Of a stretch of DNA of 64,000 nt, positions 10,612-20,995 are shown piece after piece (within the stretch, counting starts at the first letter, position 1; every line of letters begins with the position of its first letter). Source of the DNA: an uncultured virus (IMG/VR IMGVR_UViG_3300044630_007263). Lineage: Duplodnaviria > Heunggongvirae > Uroviricota > Caudoviricetes. Under the pieces are notes generated by a model. That model saw only the letters and a list, made by a program, of their open reading frames with translations, did not search any database and had not been told where the DNA came from. Location: the IMG/VR virus record IMGVR_UViG_3300044630_007263; one strand, given 5' to 3'. Both the position numbers and the translations under genes were made by a program.

Positions 10612-11151
10612 ATGAAAACAATTAAAGATTTTATTAATGAAAAGAAAGCAGCTTATGATTTTTCATGTGCAATGCTTTATCTAGATTTTCCGCAAATGTC
10701 AGAATTGCATGGTCAAATCGATCGCGATGATGTGTATGTGGATCCAGAAGATCAAACATTTGGGTTAGAGGATGAACCTCATGTAACACTACTTTATGGT
10801 CTACATAATAATGTTGGCTTAGATAAGGTTGAACCAATTGTTAGCGAGCCTACTTACACAACAGTTAAGGCACATAACCCATCTCTATTTGAGAATGATA
10901 AGTATGATGTCTTAAAGTTTGATATTAAAGGCGATCAATTATCAGAACTTAATACTAAGTTAAAGCAGTTTCCTTTTACATCAGACTTTCCAGACTATCA
11001 TCCTCATATGACAGTCGCCTATATTAAAAAAGGTATGGGTAAAAAATATGCGGATCAATTTAAAGGTAAGGAATATCAAATCCATCCAAGTCATGCAGTT
11101 TATTCAATGGCAAATGGTGAAAAACATAAAATTGAAATAAAACGTGATTAA
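10612..11151 (+). CDS. 2H phosphoesterase (T4 gp57B/Acb1-like or 2'-5' RNA ligase-like)
   Basis: Two HxT motifs: PHVTLLYG and YHPHMTVAY. Confidence 0.8.
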   Translation: MKTIKDFINEKKAAYDFSCAMLYLDFPQMSELHGQIDRDDVYVDPEDQTFGLEDEPHVTLLYGLHNNVGLDKVEPIVSEPTYTTVKAHNPSLFENDKYDVLKFDIKGDQLSELNTKLKQFPFTSDFPDYHPHMTVAYIKKGMGKKYADQFKGKEYQIHPSHAVYSMANGEKHKIEIKRD

Positions 11152-11281
11152 GTTAATACAAAGAATCTTTAACCATGAAATCTGGCATAAGTGCACTAAT
11201 TGCGGTAGCAACTATGATTTAAGATCTAGCACCTATTGCAGTGACTGTGGACATCAGTGGAAATCCGGAGACCCTATTTAA
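11144..11281 (+). CDS. Small zinc-ribbon protein (45 aa, not in ORF track)
   Basis: GTG start; CTNC...CSDC. Confidence 0.55.
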   Translation: MIKLIQRIFNHEIWHKCTNCGSNYDLRSSTYCSDCGHQWKSGDPI

Positions 11282-11300
11282 TAACCTTAGTATAAAATAT

Positions 11301-11609
11301 ATGGAAAACCAAGAAGTTTTAATTTGTGAGTGTCACTCGACTGACCATCAAATACTATTTATGTGGGAGTATGATAAACAAATAGATGATCAACTAGCGT
11401 TTATGCATATTCACCTAACAAACTATCGAAGTTTCTGGAAACGCTTATGGTATGGATTGGCCTATGCGTTTGGTCGTAAGAGCCGCTTTGGGGCTTTTGA
11501 CGAGGTAATACTAAACCCAAAGGATGCTGATAAACTACAGAGAGTAGTTAATCATCTCAAAAATATAAAGAAAGCACGTGAAAAGAAAGTTAAGAGAACT
11601 GATGGATAG
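11301..11609 (+). CDS. Hypothetical protein
   Basis: Start moved to MENQEVLICEC. Confidence 0.6.
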   Translation: MENQEVLICECHSTDHQILFMWEYDKQIDDQLAFMHIHLTNYRSFWKRLWYGLAYAFGRKSRFGAFDEVILNPKDADKLQRVVNHLKNIKKAREKKVKRTDG

Positions 11610-11781
11610 TCTTGCAAAAAAGGCAGGATATTTAACAGTTGCTGAAGCTGAGAAACTTGTAGTCGAGCAGCGCGAAAAATGCGCAGTTAGAGCAAGTCAA
11701 AGATTCCAACATGCCAAGAGTAATCGAGACATGTTTGGCGCAGTAATAAACACATGGTTAGTAACAGAAAAACAGAACTAA
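11578..11781 (+). CDS. Hypothetical protein
   Basis: ORF track. Confidence 0.5.
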   Translation: MKRKLRELMDSLAKKAGYLTVAEAEKLVVEQREKCAVRASQRFQHAKSNRDMFGAVINTWLVTEKQN

Positions 11782-11786
11782 ACAAC

Positions 11787-12152
11787 ATGCAAATTGCACT
11801 AATTGCACACGATGGCAAAAAAGCAGAAATGGTTGCATTCCTAATGGAAAACCGTGAAGCATTAGATGGAATTAATCTTATCTCAACCGGCACTACCGGA
11901 AAATTCGTAGAACAGGCAGGACTCAAGGTAACTCGGGTCCTGTCTGGTCCTATGGGTGGAGATGCTCAAATTGCAACTAAAGTTGCAGAAAAAGAAATCG
12001 GGGCAGTTATATTTTTTAGGGATCCACTTGATGCCCATCCACATGAACCCGATGTACAGATGCTAATGCGAATCTGTGATGTACACAATGTCCCACTTGC
12101 AACTAATCCAAGTTGTGCACGCCTTATCCTAAAAGGCCTCCACAGTAATTGA
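11787..12152 (+). CDS. mgsA: Methylglyoxal synthase
   Basis: IALIAHDGKK, STGTTG, SGPMGGDAQI, DPLDAHPHEPDV, LATN. Confidence 0.95.
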   Translation: MQIALIAHDGKKAEMVAFLMENREALDGINLISTGTTGKFVEQAGLKVTRVLSGPMGGDAQIATKVAEKEIGAVIFFRDPLDAHPHEPDVQMLMRICDVHNVPLATNPSCARLILKGLHSN

Positions 12153-12167
12153 TAAATATTTTCAGTT

Positions 12168-12419
12168 ATGCAAATTATAGAATTTTATATCACAACCTAT
12201 AACTCAACTTCTGAACGAGTTATTGAAACAGTCCTGACTCAGTTGGCTGATGGCGGACATGTTAAAAAATGGAAGACCCACTCTGACGAGTCTACTCTAC
12301 ACTGGACTGTAACTGGAAGTTGGGCTGCCTATTCAACAGTTTCAGCAATCGATAAGAATAAATCTTATTCTGAACTGGAACCCATCTCATTTAGCCTAGA
12401 ACATTTCGAGGAAGATTAA
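12168..12419 (+). CDS. Hypothetical protein
   Basis: ORF track. Confidence 0.55.
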   Translation: MQIIEFYITTYNSTSERVIETVLTQLADGGHVKKWKTHSDESTLHWTVTGSWAAYSTVSAIDKNKSYSELEPISFSLEHFEED

Positions 12420-12519
12420 CACTAATATTCCAATTTGATAATAATTTGTTAATCTAAATTTACTGATCTTGATAGACAGCTCTCAATAGATAATATTGAA
12501 AAAAATCTATTGACATCAT

Positions 12520-15006
12520 TTGTTAAGATTATTCCTGCTAGCCTTGGTAATACTACCAACCCTAGCCTATTCCCAAACCAAAGTCAGTGGCTTTGTTAAA
12601 TCTAAAAGCGATACTCTAATTGGAGTCGTAGTTCAGTTTACAAATTCTACAACCGGTAAAACTGACGCAGCTATTACATCAACGACCGGATATTATGAAC
12701 TCTTTTTATCTGAGTCATCCTATTTAGCTAAGGCATCCTATATTGGACATACGCCTTTAACTAAAGAAGTTTCTATTAAAGGCCCAACCCAAATAGATTT
12801 TGAATTAGAAGAAATAACCCAAACGCTTGGCGCAGTCGAGGTAAGGGGTATTGCTAAAAAGGAATCAGCCGCTTCTGTTATTAATATTGTAAAAAACAGT
12901 ACGCCAGTTGCAGATGGTATTTCTTCTGAAACAATTAAAAAGACTCCAGACAGAACCGTAAGCGATGCACTTAAGCGAGTAAGTGGCGTAACTATACAAA
13001 ATGACAAGTTTGTTTTAGTTAGAGGCTTGGCTGACCGATATAATTCTGTTCAGCTAAACAAGACTCCACTACCTTCAACTGAACCCGATCGTCGTTCATT
13101 TTCGTTTGATATTATTCCAACTGCACTTATTGACAATCTAATTATTATTAAATCAGCGGCTGCCAATTTACCAGGAGATTTTTCAGGTGGATTAGTTCAA
13201 ATAACAACAAAGGAAGCTGGTGATAATTTTATTTCTGGTGGAGCTTCATTTGGAATTGGAACGCTTACTACATTTAAGGAAGTTGGTCAAATTGCCAAAG
13301 TAGATTTTCCAACCAATTTTCCATCCATTTATAAATTTAGACTAAGCGATATTTCAGATAGAAAATATTTTACTACTCTTATTGCAAATCCATCTGCTAA
13401 TTTTACAACAGCTCTTCCAAATTCAACCTTTAATTTGGCTGGAGGTTATACTAAAAAGAAACTTAATATTATATTAAGCTCTAACTATAGAGAATCCAAT
13501 TCAACCTCAACTATTACCAGAAAAGAATATTTTTCTTCAACTGAATTTGCATACGATTATAGAGATCTTTCTTTTACAAATACTAAATCAATAAACGGCC
13601 TTCTTAATCTAACGTATCTTGGAAAAACCCGAATTGGATTTAAGAATATTTTTAATAGAAATATTGAATCTAATTATTTAAAAAGGTTTGGTGAAAACTA
13701 TGACAATATGCAGAATATTTCGTCTGAAGTCTCTAACCATATAATTAAATCTATTTTAAATTCACAAATAGATCTTAAGAAAGATAGGTTTGATTTTAAT
13801 CTTGGATATAACTTAATGTTGAGAGATCAACCAGATTATCGAGTTCAGCCATTAGCTAAATCATTGGGAACCTCTGATAATTTTTCAACTGTATGGCGAG
13901 ATACTTATAGATTTTGGAGTGTAATGAACGAAAATTCAATAAATGCTTCAGCTAATTATTCAGTTAAACAATTAAAATTTGGTGGATCATACTTAACAAA
14001 GTTAAGACACTTTAAAGCCCGAACCTTTAGATATGAAGCCGCCGATTTATTAAATGAGATTACAAATAATACTGACAAATATTCAGCTGCATTTGATTTA
14101 GTTGGAGGTTATGTAATGTTCGATTCAACTTTTAATAATTTAAAAATCAATGCAGGTATTAGAACAGAATACAATCAATTTTCAGTTAATACTGCAGATT
14201 TTGGAGGAGCCGCGTTAGTAATTAATAGAAACTATTTAGACATACTACCATCTTTAAATATAACCTATTCGCTTACTGATAAAAATAAAATTAGATTTGC
14301 TGCAAGTCAAACCTTAGCTCGACCAGAATTTAGAGAGATTGCTAATTTTGCTTATTATGATTTTATAAGAGGTGCTCAAATAATAGGCAATCCAAATTTA
14401 GAAAGAACAAAGGTTAGTAATATTGATTTTAAGTTTGAACGCTATCCAAAAAATGGAGAGAATATTTCGGTTGGAGTATTTGCAAAACACTTTAATAAGC
14501 CGATTGAATTGGTGGTTGATGCTGGGTCAGTTCCATCAAATCTCTTAATGACATATTCAAATCCAGCCTCAGCAATTGTAGCTGGTATAGAAGTAGATGC
14601 CAGAAAAAAGGTTACAGAGTGGTTAACTCTATATTCAAATGTTTCTGGAATAATTTCAACTGTAACCGAAAGAGGTCAAACTCGACCTTTACAAGGACAG
14701 TCTCCATATATTATTAATGCTGGTGCAACTATCAATAAAGGTACCTTATCTGGATCAATTACATATAATCGAATTGGCGAAAGAATTTCAGCCGTAGGTT
14801 TTCAAGGTTATCCAGATATTTATGAAAATGCTAGAGATATTTTAGATTTAGTTCTTATTAAAAAAATAAAGAGTGGCGAAATAAAACTATCAATAGCAGA
14901 CATTTTATCACAAGACTCTAGGTTTTTTCAACATAATAGATCGGCCGATCTAATCAATATTAAAAATGAAAAAAATATTTCAATTTCACTAACTTTAAAA
15001 ATTTAA
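12520..15006 (+). CDS. TonB-dependent receptor
   Basis: Signal peptide, N-terminal extension, plug VRGLADRYN...FSGGLVQITTK, GNPNL barrel motif. Confidence 0.9.
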   Translation: MLRLFLLALVILPTLAYSQTKVSGFVKSKSDTLIGVVVQFTNSTTGKTDAAITSTTGYYELFLSESSYLAKASYIGHTPLTKEVSIKGPTQIDFELEEITQTLGAVEVRGIAKKESAASVINIVKNSTPVADGISSETIKKTPDRTVSDALKRVSGVTIQNDKFVLVRGLADRYNSVQLNKTPLPSTEPDRRSFSFDIIPTALIDNLIIIKSAAANLPGDFSGGLVQITTKEAGDNFISGGASFGIGTLTTFKEVGQIAKVDFPTNFPSIYKFRLSDISDRKYFTTLIANPSANFTTALPNSTFNLAGGYTKKKLNIILSSNYRESNSTSTITRKEYFSSTEFAYDYRDLSFTNTKSINGLLNLTYLGKTRIGFKNIFNRNIESNYLKRFGENYDNMQNISSEVSNHIIKSILNSQIDLKKDRFDFNLGYNLMLRDQPDYRVQPLAKSLGTSDNFSTVWRDTYRFWSVMNENSINASANYSVKQLKFGGSYLTKLRHFKARTFRYEAADLLNEITNNTDKYSAAFDLVGGYVMFDSTFNNLKINAGIRTEYNQFSVNTADFGGAALVINRNYLDILPSLNITYSLTDKNKIRFAASQTLARPEFREIANFAYYDFIRGAQIIGNPNLERTKVSNIDFKFERYPKNGENISVGVFAKHFNKPIELVVDAGSVPSNLLMTYSNPASAIVAGIEVDARKKVTEWLTLYSNVSGIISTVTERGQTRPLQGQSPYIINAGATINKGTLSGSITYNRIGERISAVGFQGYPDIYENARDILDLVLIKKIKSGEIKLSIADILSQDSRFFQHNRSADLINIKNEKNISISLTLKI

Positions 15007-15012
15007 AAAACT

Positions 15013-16221
15013 ATGAAAAAGATTTTATTAACTTTAATTTCTGCTCTAACCTTAATGAGCTGCGAAAAAGATTTAGGCGGAGCAGACGATCCAATTGGAG
15101 TTCCATCTACCAATACTATTACAGGAAACATAACTCAAACCGTAACTCTTACTTCAGATAGAGAATGGATTCTTAAAGGATATGTTTATGTAGTAAATGG
15201 CGCTAAATTAATTATTCAACCTGGCACAATTATAAAAAGCGATCTTATTGAAAAGGGAGCTCTTTGTATTGAAAGAGGCGGAAAAATTATTGCTGAGGGT
15301 ACTTCAACCAAACCAATTGTATTTACATCCGGTCAACCAATTGGTCAACGTTCTCCAGGCGATTGGGGTGGTATTGTAATATTAGGTAAAGCCACCACAA
15401 ATAGAACATCTGAACCAACAATTGAAGGCGGTATTGGTAGACCATTCGGTGGATCTGATGATTATGATAATTCTGGAATTTTAAAATATGTAAGAATTGA
15501 ATATGCTGGTATTGCAGCAATGCCAAATTCAGAAATTAATGCCTTAACCTTAGGTGGAGTTGGTAGTGGAACAATCCTTGAGAATATTCAAACGGTCTAT
15601 GCAAATGACGATGCCTTTGAATTTTTCGGCGGAACTGTTAATGCAAAAAACCTATATGCATTTGCAACAGCTGACGATGATTTCGATTTCGATTTTGGAT
15701 ATAGAGGTACTATTTCATATTCAGCATCAAAAAGAGATCCACAATTTGTAGATAATGGCGATGCTGGAAATGGAGTTGAGTGCGATAATGATGGAACAGG
15801 TTCTGCTGCAATTCCAACTACCCATCCAAAGTTAGATAATGTAATTTTAATTGGGCCATTTGATGCTGGATCACTAGCCAATCATAATCTAGGTTTAAGA
15901 TTTAGAAGAGCCACTCAATTTACAATGACTAACTCTAAAGTATTGGGTTATCAAAAAGGTAGTTTTAGTATGGAATCAACTGAAACAGTTCAACACTACA
16001 AAAATGGAACAAGCATATTTTTAAATAATGAAGTTCAGGCATTTGATCCTTCTTTAAATTTTATTAGTAAGGCAACTTCAATTATGACTTCTGACTCAGT
16101 TAAAGCCAAAGCCCTAAGCCAAGGTACTGTAGAAAAATCATATACTAAATCAGAAATGGATGCGCTTGCAAAGCCTAGTTGGTCTAATGGCTGGACCAGA
16201 TTTCCAGTAAAGGGATTTTAA
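15013..16221 (+). CDS. TBDT-associated lipoprotein, beta-helix-like
   Basis: Lipobox LMSC; GDWGGIVILG, VRIEYAG, DDAFEFFGG. Confidence 0.75.
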   Translation: MKKILLTLISALTLMSCEKDLGGADDPIGVPSTNTITGNITQTVTLTSDREWILKGYVYVVNGAKLIIQPGTIIKSDLIEKGALCIERGGKIIAEGTSTKPIVFTSGQPIGQRSPGDWGGIVILGKATTNRTSEPTIEGGIGRPFGGSDDYDNSGILKYVRIEYAGIAAMPNSEINALTLGGVGSGTILENIQTVYANDDAFEFFGGTVNAKNLYAFATADDDFDFDFGYRGTISYSASKRDPQFVDNGDAGNGVECDNDGTGSAAIPTTHPKLDNVILIGPFDAGSLANHNLGLRFRRATQFTMTNSKVLGYQKGSFSMESTETVQHYKNGTSIFLNNEVQAFDPSLNFISKATSIMTSDSVKAKALSQGTVEKSYTKSEMDALAKPSWSNGWTRFPVKGF

Positions 16222-16240
16222 CCTAATCTATTATAATTTA

Positions 16241-16269
16241 AATAGGGAGCCCAGACTCCCTATTTTTTT
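16241..16269 (+). terminator. Intrinsic terminator
   Basis: AATAGGGAG-loop-CTCCCTATT plus T tract. Confidence 0.8.
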
Positions 16270-16307
16270 GACTAAAACTCTCAGAGATTGTTCCAGTATA
16301 ATATTCC

Positions 16308-16412
16308 ATGAAATGGAAAAAATACAACTGGACCTTCCTTATTACTTGGATAATCGTCCTACTTATCGGTGGCTTTATTTGGGGTAAACTCATTGCCTGG
16401 CTAATTGCTTAG
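16308..16412 (+). CDS. Small single-TM peptide (34 aa, not in ORF track)
   Basis: MKWKKYNWTFLITWIIVLLIGGFIWGKLIAWLIA after AGTATAAT. Confidence 0.55.
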   Translation: MKWKKYNWTFLITWIIVLLIGGFIWGKLIAWLIA

Positions 16413-16460
16413 CCCAAACCCAAATCAATTGGGTATATTAATTTAAATTACGTCTAATAG

Positions 16461-18296
16461 ATGGCATCAACAAAAGAAATTAGTAAGAAATACCAGCTGC
16501 TTGATGAGATCGAGCACGTCCTAAAAAGACCTGGCATGTATATTGGTTCAACTAAACCACATACAAGTCAGGAATGGATCTTAAAAGATGGTATGTATGA
16601 GAAAGAGGAATTGACTTACAATCCCGGCTTTCTAAAGTTATTCGATGAGATTATTTCAAACTCAGTCGATGAGCATAAACGCTCAGGCAAAATTAACCAA
16701 ATTAAAGTTGTAGTTAAAGACAACTCTATTTCAGTTTGGGACAATGGAGGTATTCCAGTTCTTCAGCATCCAGAACATAAAGTTTGGATTCCCGAATTAA
16801 TCTTCTCTAATCTTAGAGCCGGTTCAAATTTTAATGATGAAGAAGGCAGAACTGTTGCTGGAACCAATGGTGTTGGTGCATCACTAGTAAATATCTTTTC
16901 TAATAAGTTTAAGATTGAAACGGCTGATGGTAAAAAGAGATATGTTCAGCTCTTTACTAAAAACATGTCAGTTAAAGGCGATGCTAAAACATCTGCGTCA
17001 AATCAAGGTTTTACCGAAATTTCATATGAACCAGACCTTAGCCGATTTGAAATGCAGGCTCTTGATGAAGCTCATATTAAAATGATGCGTAAACGTGTTA
17101 TTGATATTGCAGCAGCAAATCCTGGTCTTAAGTTAGAATTTAATGGAGAGAAATTTAGATTTAAAAACTTTAAAGAATATGTTGAGCTCTATGTTCAAAA
17201 TCCTATTTGGGAAAAGAGCGAGCATTGGGAATTTGCAGTAGGTCATTCAAAAGATGGGTATCAATCTATTTCTTTTGTTAACTCAATTGAAACTAAAGAT
17301 GGTGGAACCCATGAGAACTATATCCTAAATCAGGTAATTGAAGACTTAAGAGTCTTAATTAAAAAGAAGCATAAGGTTGAAGTTAAACCTTCGGAAATCC
17401 GTAATCATGTTTTCTTATTCATTAACTGTACAGTAATTAATCCAGCGTTCTCTTCACAAACTAAAGAGAAGCTAATTACCGAACCCAAAGAATTTGGAAC
17501 GGCTCACACAGTTTCTGAAAAATTTGCAAAGGCGGTTTTTACATCAGAAGTAGTTGAGTCTTTATTGGATTGGATTCAACAAAAGAAACAAGCTGAAGAG
17601 CGTGCTGAATTACGTAAACTAAATAAATCTTTAGCCACAACTAAAGTTCTTAAATTAATTGATGCTAAAGGTAAAGACCGCAATAAATGTTCGCTTGGAA
17701 TATTTGAAGGTATGTCTGCACTTTCGGCTGTTCGTAAGTTTAGAGATCCTCAAGTTTTTGGCGCATTTCCTCTTAAAGGTAAATTCCTTAATGTAAGCGA
17801 AATGAAAAACAGTGATGTTATTAAAAATGACGAAGTCGTTCAATTAATGGCATCGCTAGGAATTAAACTTGGCGAAGATCCTAAGGACATGCGATATAAT
17901 AAAATCTTAATCTATACTGATGCAGATCCAGATGGAGATTCTATTGCTGCATTGCTAATTAACTTTTTTAATAAGTATTGGCCAGAATTAGTTAACGAAG
18001 GAAAGATTTTTAAAGTTATGACTCCGTTAGTTGTTGCAAAAAAAGGAAAGGATATTGTTCCATTCTATACTGCAGAAGATTACTTAAAATGGGAGGCTAA
18101 AACTAAAATGACTGGCTGGAATGTTGAATACAAAAAAGGTCTTGCCGCTCTAGAAGATGATGAGTATCGTGAGATTATTCATAATCCAAATCTAGTTCAG
18201 TTAACAAATGATAAGCAGAGCAAGCAGTCTCTTGAAGATTGGTTTGGTAACGACTCTGCACCAAGAAAAGAGAAACTACTTAAACTTTCATTTTAA
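16461..18296 (+). CDS. Type IIA DNA topoisomerase ATPase/TOPRIM subunit (T4 gp39/60-like)
   Basis: HVLKRPGMYIGS, GTNGVGAS, EGMSA, PLKGK, TDADPDG, YKKGL. Confidence 0.95.
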   Translation: MASTKEISKKYQLLDEIEHVLKRPGMYIGSTKPHTSQEWILKDGMYEKEELTYNPGFLKLFDEIISNSVDEHKRSGKINQIKVVVKDNSISVWDNGGIPVLQHPEHKVWIPELIFSNLRAGSNFNDEEGRTVAGTNGVGASLVNIFSNKFKIETADGKKRYVQLFTKNMSVKGDAKTSASNQGFTEISYEPDLSRFEMQALDEAHIKMMRKRVIDIAAANPGLKLEFNGEKFRFKNFKEYVELYVQNPIWEKSEHWEFAVGHSKDGYQSISFVNSIETKDGGTHENYILNQVIEDLRVLIKKKHKVEVKPSEIRNHVFLFINCTVINPAFSSQTKEKLITEPKEFGTAHTVSEKFAKAVFTSEVVESLLDWIQQKKQAEERAELRKLNKSLATTKVLKLIDAKGKDRNKCSLGIFEGMSALSAVRKFRDPQVFGAFPLKGKFLNVSEMKNSDVIKNDEVVQLMASLGIKLGEDPKDMRYNKILIYTDADPDGDSIAALLINFFNKYWPELVNEGKIFKVMTPLVVAKKGKDIVPFYTAEDYLKWEAKTKMTGWNVEYKKGLAALEDDEYREIIHNPNLVQLTNDKQSKQSLEDWFGNDSAPRKEKLLKLSF

Positions 18297-19435
18297 TGCA
18301 ATTATCTCAAACACGAACCGAAATTTTATCGGGTCTAACTATTGCCGTTGCACTTGTGCCTGAAGCAATTTCGTTTGCGCTATTGGCTGGAGCAGCTCCT
18401 CAAGTTGGATTATGGGCTGCTGTATTTATGGCGTTATCTACTGCAATTTTTGGTGGTCGACCTGGTCTTATTTCTGGTGCAACTGGTGCAACTGCTGTAA
18501 TTATGGCAGGTCTTGTTGCAAAATCTGGAATGGATCTGCTTTTCCTTGGAGTTATTGTAGCAGGACTTATTCAACTTATAATTTGGTCAACATCTGCTTG
18601 GAAAATATTTGGCAAAATTCCGCCATCCGCAATTTCAGGGTTTTTGGTTGCACTAGCTATTATGATTCTTACTAGTCAATTCAGGTATTTGTCAGTTGGC
18701 TTGCCCAGTACAGCAACACTAAGTTTAACGTTAGTAACAGTTGCAGTCTGTTCAGGAGTAATGTGGTGGTCAGCTAAGAAATTCAGTTTTCCACCAGCCC
18801 TTATTGCTATCGCAGCTGGCTGTATTATTGGCATACCACTTGGGCTATCAACAGTTGGTGATCTTTCGCCAGTTACGGCAAGCTTGCCAAGTTTTAACCT
18901 ACCCGAAATAACAATAGCTTCAATCTTAACTGTGTTGCCCTATTCTTTTGGTATGGCAATATCAGGTCTAACTGAATCTCTATTGACAGTCGATTCAGTA
19001 TCTTATAAGTTAAATGAAACTGGCAGCAAAGCCAAAGAAACATTTGCCCAAGGTCTAGGCAATATTATAAGCGGCCTGTTTGGAGCAATGGGCGGTTGCG
19101 TATTAGTCGGTCAAACTAATCTTAATGTTGGAGCTGGCGCAAAGCACAGACTATCTGGAATAGTTGCCGCAGTTGGGCTAATTTCAATAATTCTAGTGTT
19201 TGGTAACTATATAGAACAGTTACCGTTAGCTGGCCTAATTGGAGTTATGCTAATTGTTGTATATGAAACTGGAGATTGGCGCAGTTTAACTAATAAGAAT
19301 CCTTTATATTTTACAACAACCGTTTCTACAATTATAGTTTCGGTGGTTACACATAATTTAGCAATAGGCGTAATTTTGGGTTCAATTGTATTCTATGTTG
19401 GTAAATTAATACTAAGCTATGATAAAAGTAAATAA
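18296..19435 (+). CDS. SulP/SLC26 anion transporter lacking STAS domain
   Basis: GLTIAVALVPEAISF, GRPGLISGATGA, QGLGN, MGGC. Confidence 0.9.
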   Translation: MQLSQTRTEILSGLTIAVALVPEAISFALLAGAAPQVGLWAAVFMALSTAIFGGRPGLISGATGATAVIMAGLVAKSGMDLLFLGVIVAGLIQLIIWSTSAWKIFGKIPPSAISGFLVALAIMILTSQFRYLSVGLPSTATLSLTLVTVAVCSGVMWWSAKKFSFPPALIAIAAGCIIGIPLGLSTVGDLSPVTASLPSFNLPEITIASILTVLPYSFGMAISGLTESLLTVDSVSYKLNETGSKAKETFAQGLGNIISGLFGAMGGCVLVGQTNLNVGAGAKHRLSGIVAAVGLISIILVFGNYIEQLPLAGLIGVMLIVVYETGDWRSLTNKNPLYFTTTVSTIIVSVVTHNLAIGVILGSIVFYVGKLILSYDKSK

Positions 19436-20771
19436 TAAAACAGTAACCGAATATTTAGATCAAGACTATGCAATGTATGGTATGTATACTCTTGAGAATC
19501 GGGCAATTCCTTCTGTAATAGATGGATTTAAACCAACTCAGCGTAAAATTATTTTTATTGCAGATAAAGTTTGGAAAGGTTCTAATGATAAACCTCTAAA
19601 GATATTTCAATTGGGTGGTAGAATTGCAGCAGATGCTCACTATCATCATGGAGATGGATCCCTTAATGGAGCTATTATTGGAATGGCTCAATCATTTAAG
19701 AACTCGCTTCCTCTATTAGATGAGGTCGGTCAGTTTGGATCGCTACGTTCTCCAGAAGCTGGAGCCCCTCGTTATATTTCAACTAAGCTAACTCCAAATT
19801 TCAGACTACTCTATAAAGATTTTGAGCTCTTAACTTCTCAAATCGAAGAGGGTAATGAAATCGAACCTAAATATTTCCTACCAATTATTCCAACAGTTCT
19901 CCTAAATGGAAGTTCGGGTATTGCTGTAGGATTTGCAACAAATATCTTAAACCGGAATCCGGTTCAATTAATCGACGCTTGTACCAAAGTCTTAGATGGT
20001 AAAAAAATCGGAGAACTTTTACCATGGTTTAAGGATTTCAATGGGCCAATCTCTAGAATTGGAGATAACCAATATCAATTTAAAGGGGTTGCTCGAGTAG
20101 TTAATACTACAACTGTTGAAATTACAGAATTGCCTCCATCAATGACATTTCAAAAATATGAGAACCATTTAAATTCTCTGCAAGAAAAAGGAATTATCTT
20201 TTCATACGAAGATAATTGTTCAAATGGAATTTCGTATACTCTTAAGTTTCAACGAGCAAAACTTTCAGAATTAATTGCAAAGGATAGATTAGAATCTACT
20301 CTTAAATTAGTCGAAACAGAAAGCGAAAACTTAACTTGTCTAGATGAAAGAGGTAAGCTTAAAATATTTACAGCTTTACCTGAATTAGTAGAATACTTTG
20401 TAAAATTCCGGTTAACCTATTATGATAAACGTAAAGCCTACTTAATCGATAGTTTAGAAAAGGATTTAGTGTATCTTTCAAATAGAGCTAGATTTATTAA
20501 GATGATTATTGATGGTAAACTTAAATTAGGTAATCGTCCAAAACAAGAAATTGTTACCGAATTAGAAGAACTAAAATTTGACCGCATTAATTCTAGCTTT
20601 GACTATTTGTTGAGCATGCAAATTCAAACTTTAACCAAAGAGAAATACGAACAGTTAGTAAATGAAGTTAAAGAGAAATCTGCAGAATTGGTAACAGTAA
20701 AGAAAACTGCACCAATCGATATGTACAGAACTGATCTTGCAGAATTAAAGAAGAATCTAAAAACTAAATAA
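19419..20771 (+). CDS. Type IIA DNA topoisomerase cleavage subunit (T4 gp52-like)
   Basis: RAIPSVIDGFKPTQRK, YHHGDGS, GAPRY, NGSSGIAVG. Confidence 0.95.
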   Translation: MIKVNNKTVTEYLDQDYAMYGMYTLENRAIPSVIDGFKPTQRKIIFIADKVWKGSNDKPLKIFQLGGRIAADAHYHHGDGSLNGAIIGMAQSFKNSLPLLDEVGQFGSLRSPEAGAPRYISTKLTPNFRLLYKDFELLTSQIEEGNEIEPKYFLPIIPTVLLNGSSGIAVGFATNILNRNPVQLIDACTKVLDGKKIGELLPWFKDFNGPISRIGDNQYQFKGVARVVNTTTVEITELPPSMTFQKYENHLNSLQEKGIIFSYEDNCSNGISYTLKFQRAKLSELIAKDRLESTLKLVETESENLTCLDERGKLKIFTALPELVEYFVKFRLTYYDKRKAYLIDSLEKDLVYLSNRARFIKMIIDGKLKLGNRPKQEIVTELEELKFDRINSSFDYLLSMQIQTLTKEKYEQLVNEVKEKSAELVTVKKTAPIDMYRTDLAELKKNLKTK

Positions 20772-20995
20772 TGCACGATTACGAAATACTAATTAGAAAA
20801 CGGGGCGCAACTCCCGATGATACTGTTCAAGTTCAAGTTAGATTAACTGAAGAAATGGTAGAAAATTCTAGTATTGATATTTTAGATGTGGCATTTCAAA
20901 AGTTAAAGGAGGATCTTTATAAAAATCTTCCGGTAAAATTTAAAACAATATACAAACGTGAAGTTTTTGAATCAACACCCTATCAAGAAATCTGA
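20771..20995 (+). CDS. Hypothetical protein
   Basis: ORF track. Confidence 0.55.
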   Translation: MHDYEILIRKRGATPDDTVQVQVRLTEEMVENSSIDILDVAFQKLKEDLYKNLPVKFKTIYKREVFESTPYQEI

